From positions 180,001 through 212,000 of the forward strand of contig CAKTSY010000001.1 of assembly GCA_934613415.1 (NCBI GenBank): 32,000 nucleotides of DNA. The letters run 5' to 3'. The notes beneath the pieces are model-generated. The model was not told where the DNA came from and made no database searches. It saw nothing but the letters and a program-made list of their open reading frames with translations. The DNA comes from an uncultured Opitutales bacterium (GTDB lineage: Bacteria > Verrucomicrobiota > Verrucomicrobiia > Opitutales > Intestinicryptomonadaceae). Each line of letters opens with the position of its first letter. The first letter of the stretch is position 1. Both the position numbers and the translations under genes were made by a program. Below are positions 18,102 to 27,598 of the stretch, one piece after another.

Positions 18102-19865
18102 TTACGAAAAGTTTTCCGACACGCCCTTGAAGGTGTCGGACGAAAGCTTAAGCAAGTCAGATGCCGACTTAAAATCGGCGTTTTTCGCCCTTATTTTTTC
18201 AGAAGTTTGGGCTACAATATCCATCGAAACCGAAAGTTTGCCCGAAATTTCGAACTGCTCGGCAATTGATTTAGACAAATGCGAAAAGCCGCTGTTTAGC
18301 TCGAAAATATACTTGTCTATATCGGCAAAATCGCCCGTCAAAGAGCTTAACTTTGCGCTTGCATCGCCTATTTTATCCACAAAAAGCGAGACGTCTGCAA
18401 TGTCGAACGCCAGCGAATTTTGCAGGTCTTTAGAGGCAATTTCAACATTTTTGCCCAATTCTTTTATGTTTTGCGCAATTTTGTGTATTTCGCGCGATAC
18501 CGCCGAAAGCCCCGCACTTGCCCCGCCGTCTTTTTCGGCGGCTATTGCAATGTTAAACGAAAGCATATTCGCATTTTCGCCAAATTTTTCTATCTCGGAA
18601 AGCGATTGGAATATCTGCCCAGACATTTCAAGCAAACTCTTTAGCCTGCTTGCCGTTTCGGCAGCCGAAAGAGACAAGTCGCGCATATCGCGCTTAAGCT
18701 CGGTAAAATAGGTTTTTGTGTTTTTGCTTTGGTTGGCAAATTCCGAAATTTCCCTAGACGATTCCGAAGCCGTTTCGCTTAGCGCGTGCGCCGAAAACGC
18801 GGTAGAATTAGACTGCTGGTATACCTGCCTTACAGACAAATCCTCTGTTTTTACAAAGTTTTCGAACGCGAACAACGATGCCGAAATGCGACGCGAAAGC
18901 TCGGCAATTCTGGTAGCCTTCGATTTGGAAGAAACTATAGACTCGTTTATTCTATTGATATACATTGCAATATTTTGAAAAATTTCGTCCATTTCCGAGA
19001 ACGAATTTTTGTTGTTAAACGATGCGCTGCGCAAAATGTAGGCCGCCTCTCTAACCTTGCCCGACCTAAGAAGTTTTAAGGCTCTGTTTGCCGACTTAAA
19101 CCCCACAAGTATGTTCGACGACACTATAAGCGAAAGCGCAACCGCGCCGATAAGCAATATAAGCGAAACCGTTAGAACGTCGAAAAACATCTTTTTAGAA
19201 CCTGTTTTAACCGACAGCTTTTCGGCGACGCTGTCTATTGGCTTTGTTTTTGAAAGCGTCTGTTTTTCGGGAATGTCGCCGGCAAAAGATACGCCTATAA
19301 CCCACTTAAATTCGGGCAGATAGCAAAACGCCGTATACTTTTCGCCCGTTATGCGCATATCCGAAAGCGAACGCTTTACAAAATTGATTTTTTCGCCGCT
19401 CTTTTTCGCCGCCGACAAAATTTCGCCTATGGCTTTTTGCTGGGGTTTTAAATCTAGCTCGTTAAAGTCTTTTTCTATAATCTTGCCTGTTTTTAGCCCT
19501 TTTTTTGAAACGCGCACAACCGTGTTGAACTCGTCTAAAAACTCCACAACCCAAAAGTTGCCTGTTGCCCCTATTTTGGAATTTTCCAAATTTTTGCAGA
19601 TAGACTCTTTTAGGCTTTCGCGCTCCAACTCGTAGGTATCTTTGCTAGCCGAGTTTTTTAAGGACAAGTCCATAATGCGGCAAAGCCCCCTTACATCGCC
19701 TACAATGCTCTTTGCGTTGTTTTCCGAAACATTGTCGAAAATATTTTCGGCAACCCTGTCTATATTCGGGGCTTTAAAATATAGCAGGCCAAGCAGCCCC
19801 GCGCACGGCAACGCCGCCGCCAACGCGCCCGCAAAAACAACCACCTGCGTAATAGACGTTCTCAT
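18102..19865 (-). CDS. Methyl-accepting chemotaxis protein-like transmembrane sensor (Cache-like periplasmic domain, HAMP, divergent MCP signalling domain)
   Basis: TM1 is VVVFAGALAAALPCAGLLGLLYF. The periplasmic region ends in the Cache-like segment YTAFCYLPEFKWVIGVSF, followed by TM2 and a HAMP-like linker. The C-terminal helical hairpin NANMLSFNIAIAAEKDGGASAGLSAVSREIHKIAQNI aligns with the MCP tip consensus [34 protein letters not shown] but is strongly degenerate. Confidence 0.65.
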   Translation of the reverse strand: MRTSITQVVVFAGALAAALPCAGLLGLLYFKAPNIDRVAENIFDNVSENNAKSIVGDVRGLCRIMDLSLKNSASKDTYELERESLKESICKNLENSKIGATGNFWVVEFLDEFNTVVRVSKKGLKTGKIIEKDFNELDLKPQQKAIGEILSAAKKSGEKINFVKRSLSDMRITGEKYTAFCYLPEFKWVIGVSFAGDIPEKQTLSKTKPIDSVAEKLSVKTGSKKMFFDVLTVSLILLIGAVALSLIVSSNILVGFKSANRALKLLRSGKVREAAYILRSASFNNKNSFSEMDEIFQNIAMYINRINESIVSSKSKATRIAELSRRISASLFAFENFVKTEDLSVRQVYQQSNSTAFSAHALSETASESSREISEFANQSKNTKTYFTELKRDMRDLSLSAAETASRLKSLLEMSGQIFQSLSEIEKFGENANMLSFNIAIAAEKDGGASAGLSAVSREIHKIAQNIKELGKNVEIASKDLQNSLAFDIADVSLFVDKIGDASAKLSSLTGDFADIDKYIFELNSGFSHLSKSIAEQFEISGKLSVSMDIVAQTSEKIRAKNADFKSASDLLKLSSDTFKGVSENFS

Positions 19866-19961
19866 TACAAAGCACTATGTAAGCCGAAAGTACCAGCCAT
19901 ATCAAGCATTTTCAAATATACTTTACAAAGGCTTTTTACACTGCAAAATATTGCGGCATAT

Positions 19962-20606
19962 ATGAAATCGGTATTGATATATTCGGGCGGTTTAGATTCC
20001 ACCGTTTTGCTTTACAAACTGCACGCCGACAATTCCCTTGCGGCGGCAATTAGCTTTTACTACGGGCAAAGGCACAATAAGGAAATAGCATATGCAAAAT
20101 ACAACTGCCAAAAGCTTGGCGTAAAACATTTTGTAGCCGACATATCTTCTTTAAAGCCCATTTTCGGCAACAGCGCACTTACAAACGAGGCGGTTAAAGT
20201 GCCGTTGGCGGAATATAACGCGCAAAATATGGCCGACACCGTTGTGCCCAACCGCAATATGATATTTCTTTCTATTGCAGCAGCATACGCCATAACCTCT
20301 AATGCCGACTCGGTAGCCTACGCTGCGCACTCGGGCGACCACGCAATTTACGCCGACTGCCGCCCCGAATTTGCCAGGGCAATGCAAACTGCAATTTCCC
20401 TTTGCGACGACAAAAAGTTGAAACTTGTTGCCCCTTTTGTTGATATGTCGAAAGCCGAAATCGCAAAATTGGGCGTATCGCTAGGAGTGGACTTTTCTAA
20501 AACGTGGTCGTGCTACAACGGGGGCGACACGCCCTGCGGCAAATGCGCAACCTGTTTGGAAAGAAAGGCTGCCCTGCAGGCCGCCGGCATAAAAAATATT
20601 GCATAG
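19962..20606 (+). CDS. queC: 7-cyano-7-deazaguanine synthase
   Basis: Has the PP-loop LIYSGGLDS and the C-terminal Zn-binding cysteines CYNG...CGKCATCLERKAAL. Length is 214 aa. Confidence 0.9.
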   Translation: MKSVLIYSGGLDSTVLLYKLHADNSLAAAISFYYGQRHNKEIAYAKYNCQKLGVKHFVADISSLKPIFGNSALTNEAVKVPLAEYNAQNMADTVVPNRNMIFLSIAAAYAITSNADSVAYAAHSGDHAIYADCRPEFARAMQTAISLCDDKKLKLVAPFVDMSKAEIAKLGVSLGVDFSKTWSCYNGGDTPCGKCATCLERKAALQAAGIKNIA

Positions 20607-20643
20607 CGCGGCAATTTGCACATAATGCCACAAATTATTAACT

Positions 20644-21477
20644 ATGAATTCGGCAAAAAACATAGCCATACTAGGTATGGGGCTTTTGGGCGGCTCGCTT
20701 GCCCTTTCGGCAAAAAAGAATATTAAAGGGGCAAAAATAAGCGTTTGGTCGCGTAGCAAATCTTCGCGCGAAAAGGCAAAACGCCTTGCCGACACCGTGT
20801 GCGAAACCCCCGCCGAATGTGTAAAGAATGCCGACATTGTTGTTATTTGCACGAATCCGTCTACAATAGCAAAATATGCCGCCGAAATTTTGCCGCATTT
20901 AAAGGAAAACGCCGTTGTAAGCGATGTTGCCAGCATTAAGGGCGCAATTTGCAAGGCTGTAGACAAAATCTACAAAGGCAAAAAAGCCTATTATGTGGGT
21001 TCGCACCCTATGGCAGGTTCCGACAAATCGGGTTCGCAGTGGGCTTCGGCAGATCTTTTCGACAACAGACCTTGCATGGTAATACCGTCTAAAAACCGCC
21101 AAGCTACATTGTTTGTTGAAGATTTTTGGAAGTCGCTTAAAATGCAGGTTAAATTTATGACCGCCCAAGCGCACGACTTGTGCGTTGCCAGAATAAGCCA
21201 CCTGCCCCACATAACCGCCGCAATTTTATGCAAAAACGCAAAGGGCAAAAACGAAAGATTTGCATTAAGCACGGGCTTTAAAGATACCACCCGAATAGCG
21301 GGCGGCAACCCCGTTTTGTGGACCGACATTATCTCCGAAAACAAAAGTTCTATTTTAAAGGCATTAAGATGCCAAATAAAAGAGTTCGAAAATTTTGAAA
21401 AGCTATTAAAAAGCGGCAACGCCAAAGCCATAAAAAAATTCTTGGCTTCGTCGCAAAAATTTAGGGAGTCGCTTTAA
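20644..21477 (+). CDS. tyrA: Prephenate (or arogenate) dehydrogenase
   Basis: Has the Rossmann motif IAILGMGLLGGSLA, plus VGSHPMAGS and ISHLPH. Confidence 0.85.
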   Translation: MNSAKNIAILGMGLLGGSLALSAKKNIKGAKISVWSRSKSSREKAKRLADTVCETPAECVKNADIVVICTNPSTIAKYAAEILPHLKENAVVSDVASIKGAICKAVDKIYKGKKAYYVGSHPMAGSDKSGSQWASADLFDNRPCMVIPSKNRQATLFVEDFWKSLKMQVKFMTAQAHDLCVARISHLPHITAAILCKNAKGKNERFALSTGFKDTTRIAGGNPVLWTDIISENKSSILKALRCQIKEFENFEKLLKSGNAKAIKKFLASSQKFRESL

Positions 21478-21479
21478 CA

Positions 21480-23450
21480 ATGCTTATAAAAACTTTTAAA
21501 AAAGGCGTAGGGTTTTCGGCAAAGTTGCCGTCGTCGAAAAGCATAACAAACAGGGCGTTGCTTTTGGCTTCGCTTTGCGATGGCACAGTTGCTGTGCGCA
21601 ATATATTGCGCTCGCGCGACACCGTAATTATGCTCGACTGTCTAAAAAAACTTGGCTTCGAAATTTCCGAAAACAAAAACGATGTTTTTATTAAAGGGCT
21701 TGGCGGAAAAATACCAAACAACAACGCAAAACTTTTTGTGGGTAACGCGGGAACGGCGGCAAGGTTTATAACCGCCTTGTGCGCGCTATCTACAAACGGC
21801 GAATACGAATTCGATTCAGACGCCGAAATGTATAACCGCCCAATGAAGGGCTTGTTGCTTGCGCTTGAAAACTCGGGTGCAAAATTCGAATTTTCGGGCG
21901 AAAAATACGCGTTCCCATTTAAGATGAAAAGCTGCGGCCTTGGCGGCGGCAAAACTATTATAGACGCTACCGCATCAAGCCAAATATTGTCGGCGTTTTT
22001 AATGGTTTCGGCAAGGGCAAACGGCGATTCTATTATCGAGCTAAACGGCGACACGGTATCGAAACCCTTTGTTGCAATGACGCTAAAGATGATGGAGCAG
22101 TTCGGGTTTTTCGCCCAAATTTGCGAAAGCGGATACTCTGTAAAAAAGCAGATTGCGCAAACAAACATTTGCGACTACGAAGTTGAGCCCGACGCTACCG
22201 CGGCAAGCTACCCTATTACAATGGCGGCGGTAAACAATGGAGCGGTTCTGGTTAAAAACTTTGCAAAATGCGTTCTTCAAGGCGACGCCGAATATTCCAA
22301 CATTCTAGCAAAAACGGGCCTTATAAAAACCTCTAATGTAGACGGCGACCTGCTTGTTGAAAGCCTGCATAATTTCGACTGCAACACCGCTTTGGATTTT
22401 AACGCAATATCCGACACATTTTTAAGCTTGGTGGCAATATCGCCCTTGCTTTGCAAAAAAATAAAAATTACGGGCATTGCCCACACCCGCAAGCAGGAAA
22501 CCGACAGGGTTTTGGCAATGGCAACCGAGCTTAAAAAGTTGTGCCAAAGCGTGGCAATAGACAACGATTCTATAGAAATTACCCCTTCTTTGCCGAAAGA
22601 ACTTAAACAAACAGCGCAAAAGCCCGTTTTAATAAAAACCTATAACGACCATAGAATGGCAATGGCGTTTGCCGTTTTGGGCAGCCGCAACCTAGACGGG
22701 CGCGGGTGGATAGACATAGAAAACCCGCAATGCTGCGGCAAAACCTGGCCCGAATTTTTTGAAGATATGGAAAACTGGAAAATGCAATCCGACAAATTTA
22801 AGGTTGTAGCAATCGACGGTGGAGCCGCCGTAGGCAAGTCGAGCGTATCTAAGGAAAGCTCGAAAACCCTTAACTATATGCATGTAGACACGGGTTCGCA
22901 CTACAGAACTTTAACGTATATTTTGCTTGAAAACAACCTAAGCTACGACAGCGCCGACAACGACATTATAAACACCCTAAACAGGCTTGAAATTTCCACA
23001 AAAATAGAGGGAACAAATCAGGCAAAAATGGCAGTTAACGGCACAATTGTAAAAGATTGCGACATAAGAACCGAAAGGATAAACGCCAACGTTGCCTATT
23101 TTGCGGCAAAACCCTTTTTAAGGGAATTTCTTAAAAACTACCAGCGTTCGATGAAAGACGAAGCCAAAAAGCTTGGCTTTAACGGGCTTATTATGGAAGG
23201 CAGGGATATTGGCTCGGTTATTTTCCCCGACGCCGACGTAAGGATATTTTTAGACGCCAACCCCGAAACAAGGGCGGCACGCCGCGCCAAAGAAGGTATT
23301 GGAGATTCGGTTGCAAAGCGCGACGCGCTAGACAGCAAGCGCAAAACCGCCCCGCTGGTTTGCCCCGAAGGCGCAATAAAAATAGACACTTCGTATATGA
23401 CAAAAGACGAAGTTATACAAAAAAGCATTTCAATAATTTTACAGGCATAA
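21480..23450 (+). CDS. aroA: Fusion protein: 3-phosphoshikimate 1-carboxyvinyltransferase (EPSP synthase, aa 1 to about 434) + cytidylate kinase (aa about 435-656, from 22782)
   Basis: The AroA part carries LPSSKSITNRALLLA, GNAGTAARF and NDHRMAMAFAVLG. It continues without a stop through MQSDKFKVVAIDGGAAVGKSS (P-loop), VDTGSHYRTLTY and GRDIGSVIFPDADVRIFLDANPETRAARR, which are cytidylate kinase motifs. An AGGGAG Shine-Dalgarno lies upstream at 21463..21468. Confidence 0.9.
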   Translation: MLIKTFKKGVGFSAKLPSSKSITNRALLLASLCDGTVAVRNILRSRDTVIMLDCLKKLGFEISENKNDVFIKGLGGKIPNNNAKLFVGNAGTAARFITALCALSTNGEYEFDSDAEMYNRPMKGLLLALENSGAKFEFSGEKYAFPFKMKSCGLGGGKTIIDATASSQILSAFLMVSARANGDSIIELNGDTVSKPFVAMTLKMMEQFGFFAQICESGYSVKKQIAQTNICDYEVEPDATAASYPITMAAVNNGAVLVKNFAKCVLQGDAEYSNILAKTGLIKTSNVDGDLLVESLHNFDCNTALDFNAISDTFLSLVAISPLLCKKIKITGIAHTRKQETDRVLAMATELKKLCQSVAIDNDSIEITPSLPKELKQTAQKPVLIKTYNDHRMAMAFAVLGSRNLDGRGWIDIENPQCCGKTWPEFFEDMENWKMQSDKFKVVAIDGGAAVGKSSVSKESSKTLNYMHVDTGSHYRTLTYILLENNLSYDSADNDIINTLNRLEISTKIEGTNQAKMAVNGTIVKDCDIRTERINANVAYFAAKPFLREFLKNYQRSMKDEAKKLGFNGLIMEGRDIGSVIFPDADVRIFLDANPETRAARRAKEGIGDSVAKRDALDSKRKTAPLVCPEGAIKIDTSYMTKDEVIQKSISIILQA

Positions 23451-24106
23451 TGAAAACAACATTTGCATCGTTAAAAAACTCGGGCTTTTGGTACTGCGTA
23501 TCGTGGCACGTTTTTTTCGCGTTCAACGATTTGCTCGGCAGAATAGAAATATACGGCTTCGACAAAGCCCCAAAGCGCAACTGCATTATTGTTGCAAACC
23601 ATGTAAGCTTTTTAGACCCGCCTACAATGTCGGTTTTCCATAACGACAATGTTTCGGTTATAGCGCGCGACACGCTTATGAAAAACCCTATTTTGCGCAT
23701 ATATTTTTCGGCGTTAAATGCAATTCCCATAAAGCGCGGCGGCAACGATTTTGGCGCAATAAGAGAGGCTCTTAAACGCATAAAAAACGGACATTCGCTT
23801 ATTATTTTCCCCGAGGGCACGCGCACCGAAGACGGAAATTTGCTTAGGGCAAAGCCGGGGGCTGCAATGCTGGCGCTTAAGGCTAAAATTCCCGTTTTGC
23901 CAATACGCAGCTTCGGGTATTTTAAGATTATGCCAAAGTCTAACAAAGTTACGGCGGGCACGCGCATAACGATAATTGCGGGCAACCCAATTAACGTTGC
24001 CGACATAGACCCCCAAAAGGGAGACCACAACCGCGCCCAAATAATAGCCGACCGCATAATGGAGCACATTGCCAAAATAGAATACAAGTGGCACTACCAC
24101 GTTTAA
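23450..24106 (+). CDS. plsC: 1-acyl-sn-glycerol-3-phosphate acyltransferase
   Basis: Carries the HX4D motif NHVSFLDP and FPEGTRT. The ATG at 23450 overlaps the aroA-cmk TAA by 1 nt (TAATG). The longer track ORF starting at 23360 lies inside cmk. Confidence 0.85.
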   Translation: MKTTFASLKNSGFWYCVSWHVFFAFNDLLGRIEIYGFDKAPKRNCIIVANHVSFLDPPTMSVFHNDNVSVIARDTLMKNPILRIYFSALNAIPIKRGGNDFGAIREALKRIKNGHSLIIFPEGTRTEDGNLLRAKPGAAMLALKAKIPVLPIRSFGYFKIMPKSNKVTAGTRITIIAGNPINVADIDPQKGDHNRAQIIADRIMEHIAKIEYKWHYHV

Positions 24107-24145
24107 AGCACAAAGGCTTTTTCGGCAAAACACATAATTAAAAAG

Positions 24146-24180
24146 CAAAAAAATCCCGAAATAATTCGGGATTTTCTGTT
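24146..24180. terminator. Bidirectional rho-independent terminator between the convergent plsC and GH78-like genes
   Basis: The hairpin aaatcccgaa / ttcgggattt (24151..24160 and 24165..24174, loop ataa) has an A-run upstream and a T-rich tract downstream, so either strand reads hairpin followed by U-run. Confidence 0.7.
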
Positions 24181-24218
24181 TGCAAAAACTGCCTTCTAAA
24201 TTCGAGGCGTTTCTTGCC

Positions 24219-26336
24219 CTATTCAAAAATTTCGTTTATGTTGTAGTCGGACATAAACACGGCTGCGCACGCAAGGGTTAGGTGGAACAAAGAAGCATTG
24301 CGCTTAGACGTCTTGCTCCAGCCTTCAAGAGTAGCGGTTGCCCCGTCTTCAAACATCTTAAGCCAGGCGTTTTTGTCGGTCAGCAATTCGTACAAAAGGT
24401 CTTCTTGCCCGTCCCTTCTAAGCGAAGCAAACATTGGAAACGTTATAAACAAAATGCTTTTTTGCATTCTCTCTTTTTTAACCATTGCCAAAATGTTTTG
24501 GCGCGACTCGTCGTTGGGGCACAAGCCCAAAAACCAGGGATATATGTTTGCGGGAAAACTTATATGCGTGCTTACAACCGAGTCTTTAAACATATTCTTT
24601 TCCTTATCGAAAAATGCGTTTACAAAGGCATCTTTAAGCTTTGCCTCGCCCGCATATTCCGACATTCCAAGCCTGCGCGCCGTTTTGTTGTATAGCGATA
24701 CCGCGCCGACATACCATGCGTTTATAACATTGTGCTTTGTGCGGCATACCTTGCCTTCGGTTACGTCTACATCGTAGTTGTCTTGCCAAGAGGCGGGCCA
24801 TTCAACAACGCACCATTTGTCTAGGTTGTTCAAAAGCCCGTCCTTTTCGGCGTAGTTTTTCGCGTAGTAGTCTAATATATTTTTAAACTGCCCCATTCTT
24901 TGCCTTACAAATTCGGCATCGCGTTTTTCAAGCACGGGCAAAAGCATAAACATCATAAAGGGGTATTCGGCAATTTCCTGCATAAACGAACAGTTTGCGC
25001 ACGTTACCAATCCGCCGTCTATAAAAGAGGTGCGCAAAAAGTCGTCTACCATTTTTTTCATTGGCGCATAGTCGTTTGTAAGCACGCAATAGGTAAGCAT
25101 TGTGTAGCAGCCGTCGCCTAAATAGTAGCCCTTTTCCCTGTCCATACAGTCTTGAATTTGTTCCTGCACGCCGTATTTCATAGAGCGCACGCACAAATTC
25201 CAGATTTTTTCGACTGTTTTGTCGCCCTTATATCTGTTTTGAGCCTTCAGGGTAAAAGGCATATGGCGGGCAACAAGCTCGAACGATTTTTCGTCTATAT
25301 CGGCGTTGTCTGCCCCAACAATTTCGGCATATCTAAACGACTTATAGTCGAATTGGTCTAAAGTGTCGCAGCCCTTGCCCGAAAGCATAAAGTGTTCTCT
25401 ATAGTCGCAATTTGCCCTAAGCTTGTAGCGAACAGAGCCGTCGTCGTTAAGCTCTTGGCCAAAGCGCAACTCAAGCTTTGCGCCCTTTTTGCCCGAAGCT
25501 TTCATCTTAAAATAGCCGACATACATTGCGCCAAAATCAACAAAAATGCGCTTGCCGCGGCGTTCCACAATTTTCGGCTTAATTGTTTCAAACTGTAAAT
25601 TTGCAAGCGGCGATTCAAACAAAGTATAGTCTGCCAATTTTGCAACAACTGCATTTTGCCATTTAGAATCGTCAAAATCGGGCTTTTCAAAACCAACTTG
25701 GGAGGCATTGGCATTGTAGCTTTCCATAAACTGGGTGTCGTAGCCGACAATGCCTGTGGCGGTAAACGCTTCGTGGTAGGCAAATTTAAAGGTATTGTCG
25801 CTTTTTAAAACGGTTTTGCCGTCGGCAACTATGTCGCAAATAAAACCGTGACGGTTGTCGCCGCTAACCCATACCCTGTTTATAAGCCCTTGGTAGTAGC
25901 TGTGCACTGCAATAGTGTTTTTGCCTTTTTTAAGGAATTTTGAAACATCTACCTTATTGTATAGGTAATGAAAATTGTAAGCTGCGGTTGGCCCTTGGGC
26001 TACAAACTGCCCGTTTATGTAAATTTTTGCGTAGTCGTCGGCCGAAAAATAAAGTTGGACGTCTTTAACGCTTTCGGGCAATTCAAAGGTTTTTCTAAAC
26101 AAAATGTGTTTGTTGCGTATGGTCGAAAGCTTTTTTATTTCGGCGGCCCTTTTGCCGTCTAACTGGCGGCGAAACACGTTTATCTTTTGCAGATTTTCGA
26201 ACATAGGCGTAGTTATCCATTCGCCCGAAAATTTGCGCTGCTTTTCCTGATTTTCGCCAAAGGCGCAAAGCGAGCAAAGTCCAATAAAAAATACAAAGGC
26301 AATTTTGCCCAACATATACATACGTTTCATATTCAT
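24219..26336 (-). CDS. Secreted glycoside hydrolase, alpha-L-rhamnosidase-like (GH78-type architecture)
   Basis: Has a signal peptide (MKRMYMLGKIAFVFFIGLCSLCAFG). The rhamnosidase N-domain-like segment is LYFSADDYAKIYINGQFVAQGP...GKNTIAVHSYYQG, and the six-hairpin core motif is QDCMDREKGYYLGDG (compare DCPxRERxGWxGD). Start chosen at ATG 26336; the ORF is open to 26372. Confidence 0.65.
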   Translation of the reverse strand: MNMKRMYMLGKIAFVFFIGLCSLCAFGENQEKQRKFSGEWITTPMFENLQKINVFRRQLDGKRAAEIKKLSTIRNKHILFRKTFELPESVKDVQLYFSADDYAKIYINGQFVAQGPTAAYNFHYLYNKVDVSKFLKKGKNTIAVHSYYQGLINRVWVSGDNRHGFICDIVADGKTVLKSDNTFKFAYHEAFTATGIVGYDTQFMESYNANASQVGFEKPDFDDSKWQNAVVAKLADYTLFESPLANLQFETIKPKIVERRGKRIFVDFGAMYVGYFKMKASGKKGAKLELRFGQELNDDGSVRYKLRANCDYREHFMLSGKGCDTLDQFDYKSFRYAEIVGADNADIDEKSFELVARHMPFTLKAQNRYKGDKTVEKIWNLCVRSMKYGVQEQIQDCMDREKGYYLGDGCYTMLTYCVLTNDYAPMKKMVDDFLRTSFIDGGLVTCANCSFMQEIAEYPFMMFMLLPVLEKRDAEFVRQRMGQFKNILDYYAKNYAEKDGLLNNLDKWCVVEWPASWQDNYDVDVTEGKVCRTKHNVINAWYVGAVSLYNKTARRLGMSEYAGEAKLKDAFVNAFFDKEKNMFKDSVVSTHISFPANIYPWFLGLCPNDESRQNILAMVKKERMQKSILFITFPMFASLRRDGQEDLLYELLTDKNAWLKMFEDGATATLEGWSKTSKRNASLFHLTLACAAVFMSDYNINEIFE

Positions 26337-26380
26337 GGCAAAAATGCTATTTGCCGAAAAATACAACGTCAACTATAAAG

Positions 26381-27421
26381 CTAAAACTCGCACCAATTGG
26401 GAGATACAAAAGTAATGCACGGTGTTGCGCTTTCGCCTATAAATTCCTTTCGGTTTAAAATGTCGGCAACATTCCTTACTGCCATAACGCCAACTTGGTA
26501 GTTGTTTTGCTCTATTCCGCACCAATTTTTTGTAATTTTTCGGCGGTTTTCAAGCTGCACTAAAACTATTTTTTTGTCGGCAACAATCTTGTTTAAGCGC
26601 AAAAAATCGCCTACATAATCGCGCAAATATAAAATTGCCTGCGGCTTTTGCGCCCTTAAAAATTCGTCGAGCTTTTCGCCAAAATTTTTGGCAGCAAACG
26701 GAACCGTAAAAGGCTCTATGCGGTTGCGTTTTTCAACCTCGAACTGCGCGCGCAAAAAGCCCGCAATAAAACGGCCGTCAACAAAATAGTCTACCTCTTT
26801 TTCCATAATAATTGCCACGCGGCTAAGCCCTTTTTTAACGCAGTTTTCAAACGCCAAATAGCTTGCGGCATATTGGTCGGCAGAAACTACTGGTCCAAAC
26901 GAACTAGACGTTTTTACCCCAACCGATACAAACGAAAAATTGCGCCAAATTTCGGCAAACTTGGGTTTAAAAAACTCTCCCAAAAAGTGTCCCATAACAA
27001 CACCGCCCCTTATGCCGCGCGCACGCAATGCCTTTGCAAGCGTTTTGCTGTTTAAAAGAGGGTCTGCAATCCATATTTCGTCTACAGCATAGCCAAGGCG
27101 TTTTGCCTCGCCTTCTATGCCCCTTTTATATTCGCGCAAAGTCGGGTGTGTTTTAATTATGTTTTTGTCGGCATTGGCAATTAAAAGAGCCATTGTTTCG
27201 GAAAACGCCGAAACTTTACCCCTTTTTATAGACGACATTAGCGACGAAACCAAGGGGCTTTTTTTGTAGCCCATTTTTGCCGCCGTTTTTAAAACGCGCT
27301 GTTTTGTGGTATTTGAGACCATATTAGACCCCGAAAGCGCGAAAGAAACCGCAGCTTTAGAAAGCTTTAATTTTGCGGCAATGTCGGCAATGCTAACGTT
27401 TTTGCTGTTAATGGCTGGCAT
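26381..27421 (-). CDS. LacI-family transcriptional regulator
   Basis: Has an N-terminal helix-turn-helix (VSIADIAAKLKLSKAAVSFALSGSNMVSNTTKQRVLKTAAKMGYKK) followed by a periplasmic-binding-protein-like sugar-binding domain. It lies 44 nt upstream of, and co-directional with, the GH78-like gene. Confidence 0.85.
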   Translation of the reverse strand: MPAINSKNVSIADIAAKLKLSKAAVSFALSGSNMVSNTTKQRVLKTAAKMGYKKSPLVSSLMSSIKRGKVSAFSETMALLIANADKNIIKTHPTLREYKRGIEGEAKRLGYAVDEIWIADPLLNSKTLAKALRARGIRGGVVMGHFLGEFFKPKFAEIWRNFSFVSVGVKTSSSFGPVVSADQYAASYLAFENCVKKGLSRVAIIMEKEVDYFVDGRFIAGFLRAQFEVEKRNRIEPFTVPFAAKNFGEKLDEFLRAQKPQAILYLRDYVGDFLRLNKIVADKKIVLVQLENRRKITKNWCGIEQNNYQVGVMAVRNVADILNRKEFIGESATPCITFVSPNWCEF

Positions 27422-27507
27422 ATATAAGATAACAAATTTTACGCCTTTTACTTAACTGTTTAGAAAAATGCAAACCTTTTCTTATTGCAACGCAATTTAC
27501 CCAGATA

Positions 27508-27521
27508 TTAAAACGTTTCAC
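27508..27521. promoter_or_regulatory. Candidate LacI-family operator (imperfect palindrome around AAACGTTT)
   Basis: TTAAAACGTTTCAC has a perfect 8-bp core palindrome AAACGTTT, the central motif of many LacI/GalR operators. It sits in the divergent LacI / oxidoreductase intergenic region. A second small inverted repeat, ATTGC-AAC-GCAAT, lies at 27484..27496. Confidence 0.3.
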
Positions 27522-27598
27522 ATCAAATTAAAACACGGCTGCATGCGGCAAAACCGCGCAAAGCAGCTAGTATAAAAAAGAAACGAGAGGAAATAAAA

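Noticed and set aside
19866-19961. A possible preQ1 riboswitch upstream of queC
   Set aside because: The 96-nt spacer lacks the small hairpin plus the A-rich ...AAAAAACTA tail typical of preQ1-I, and nothing resembles preQ1-II. It looks like a plain AT-rich divergent promoter region.
21461-22168. A 235-aa minus-strand ORF, together with the 20991..21431 ORF (146 aa)
   Set aside because: They are antisense to aroA and tyrA, both of which have unambiguous enzyme motifs.
23413-24087. A 224-aa minus-strand ORF
   Set aside because: It is antisense to plsC, whose HX4D and FPEGTR motifs lie on the plus strand.
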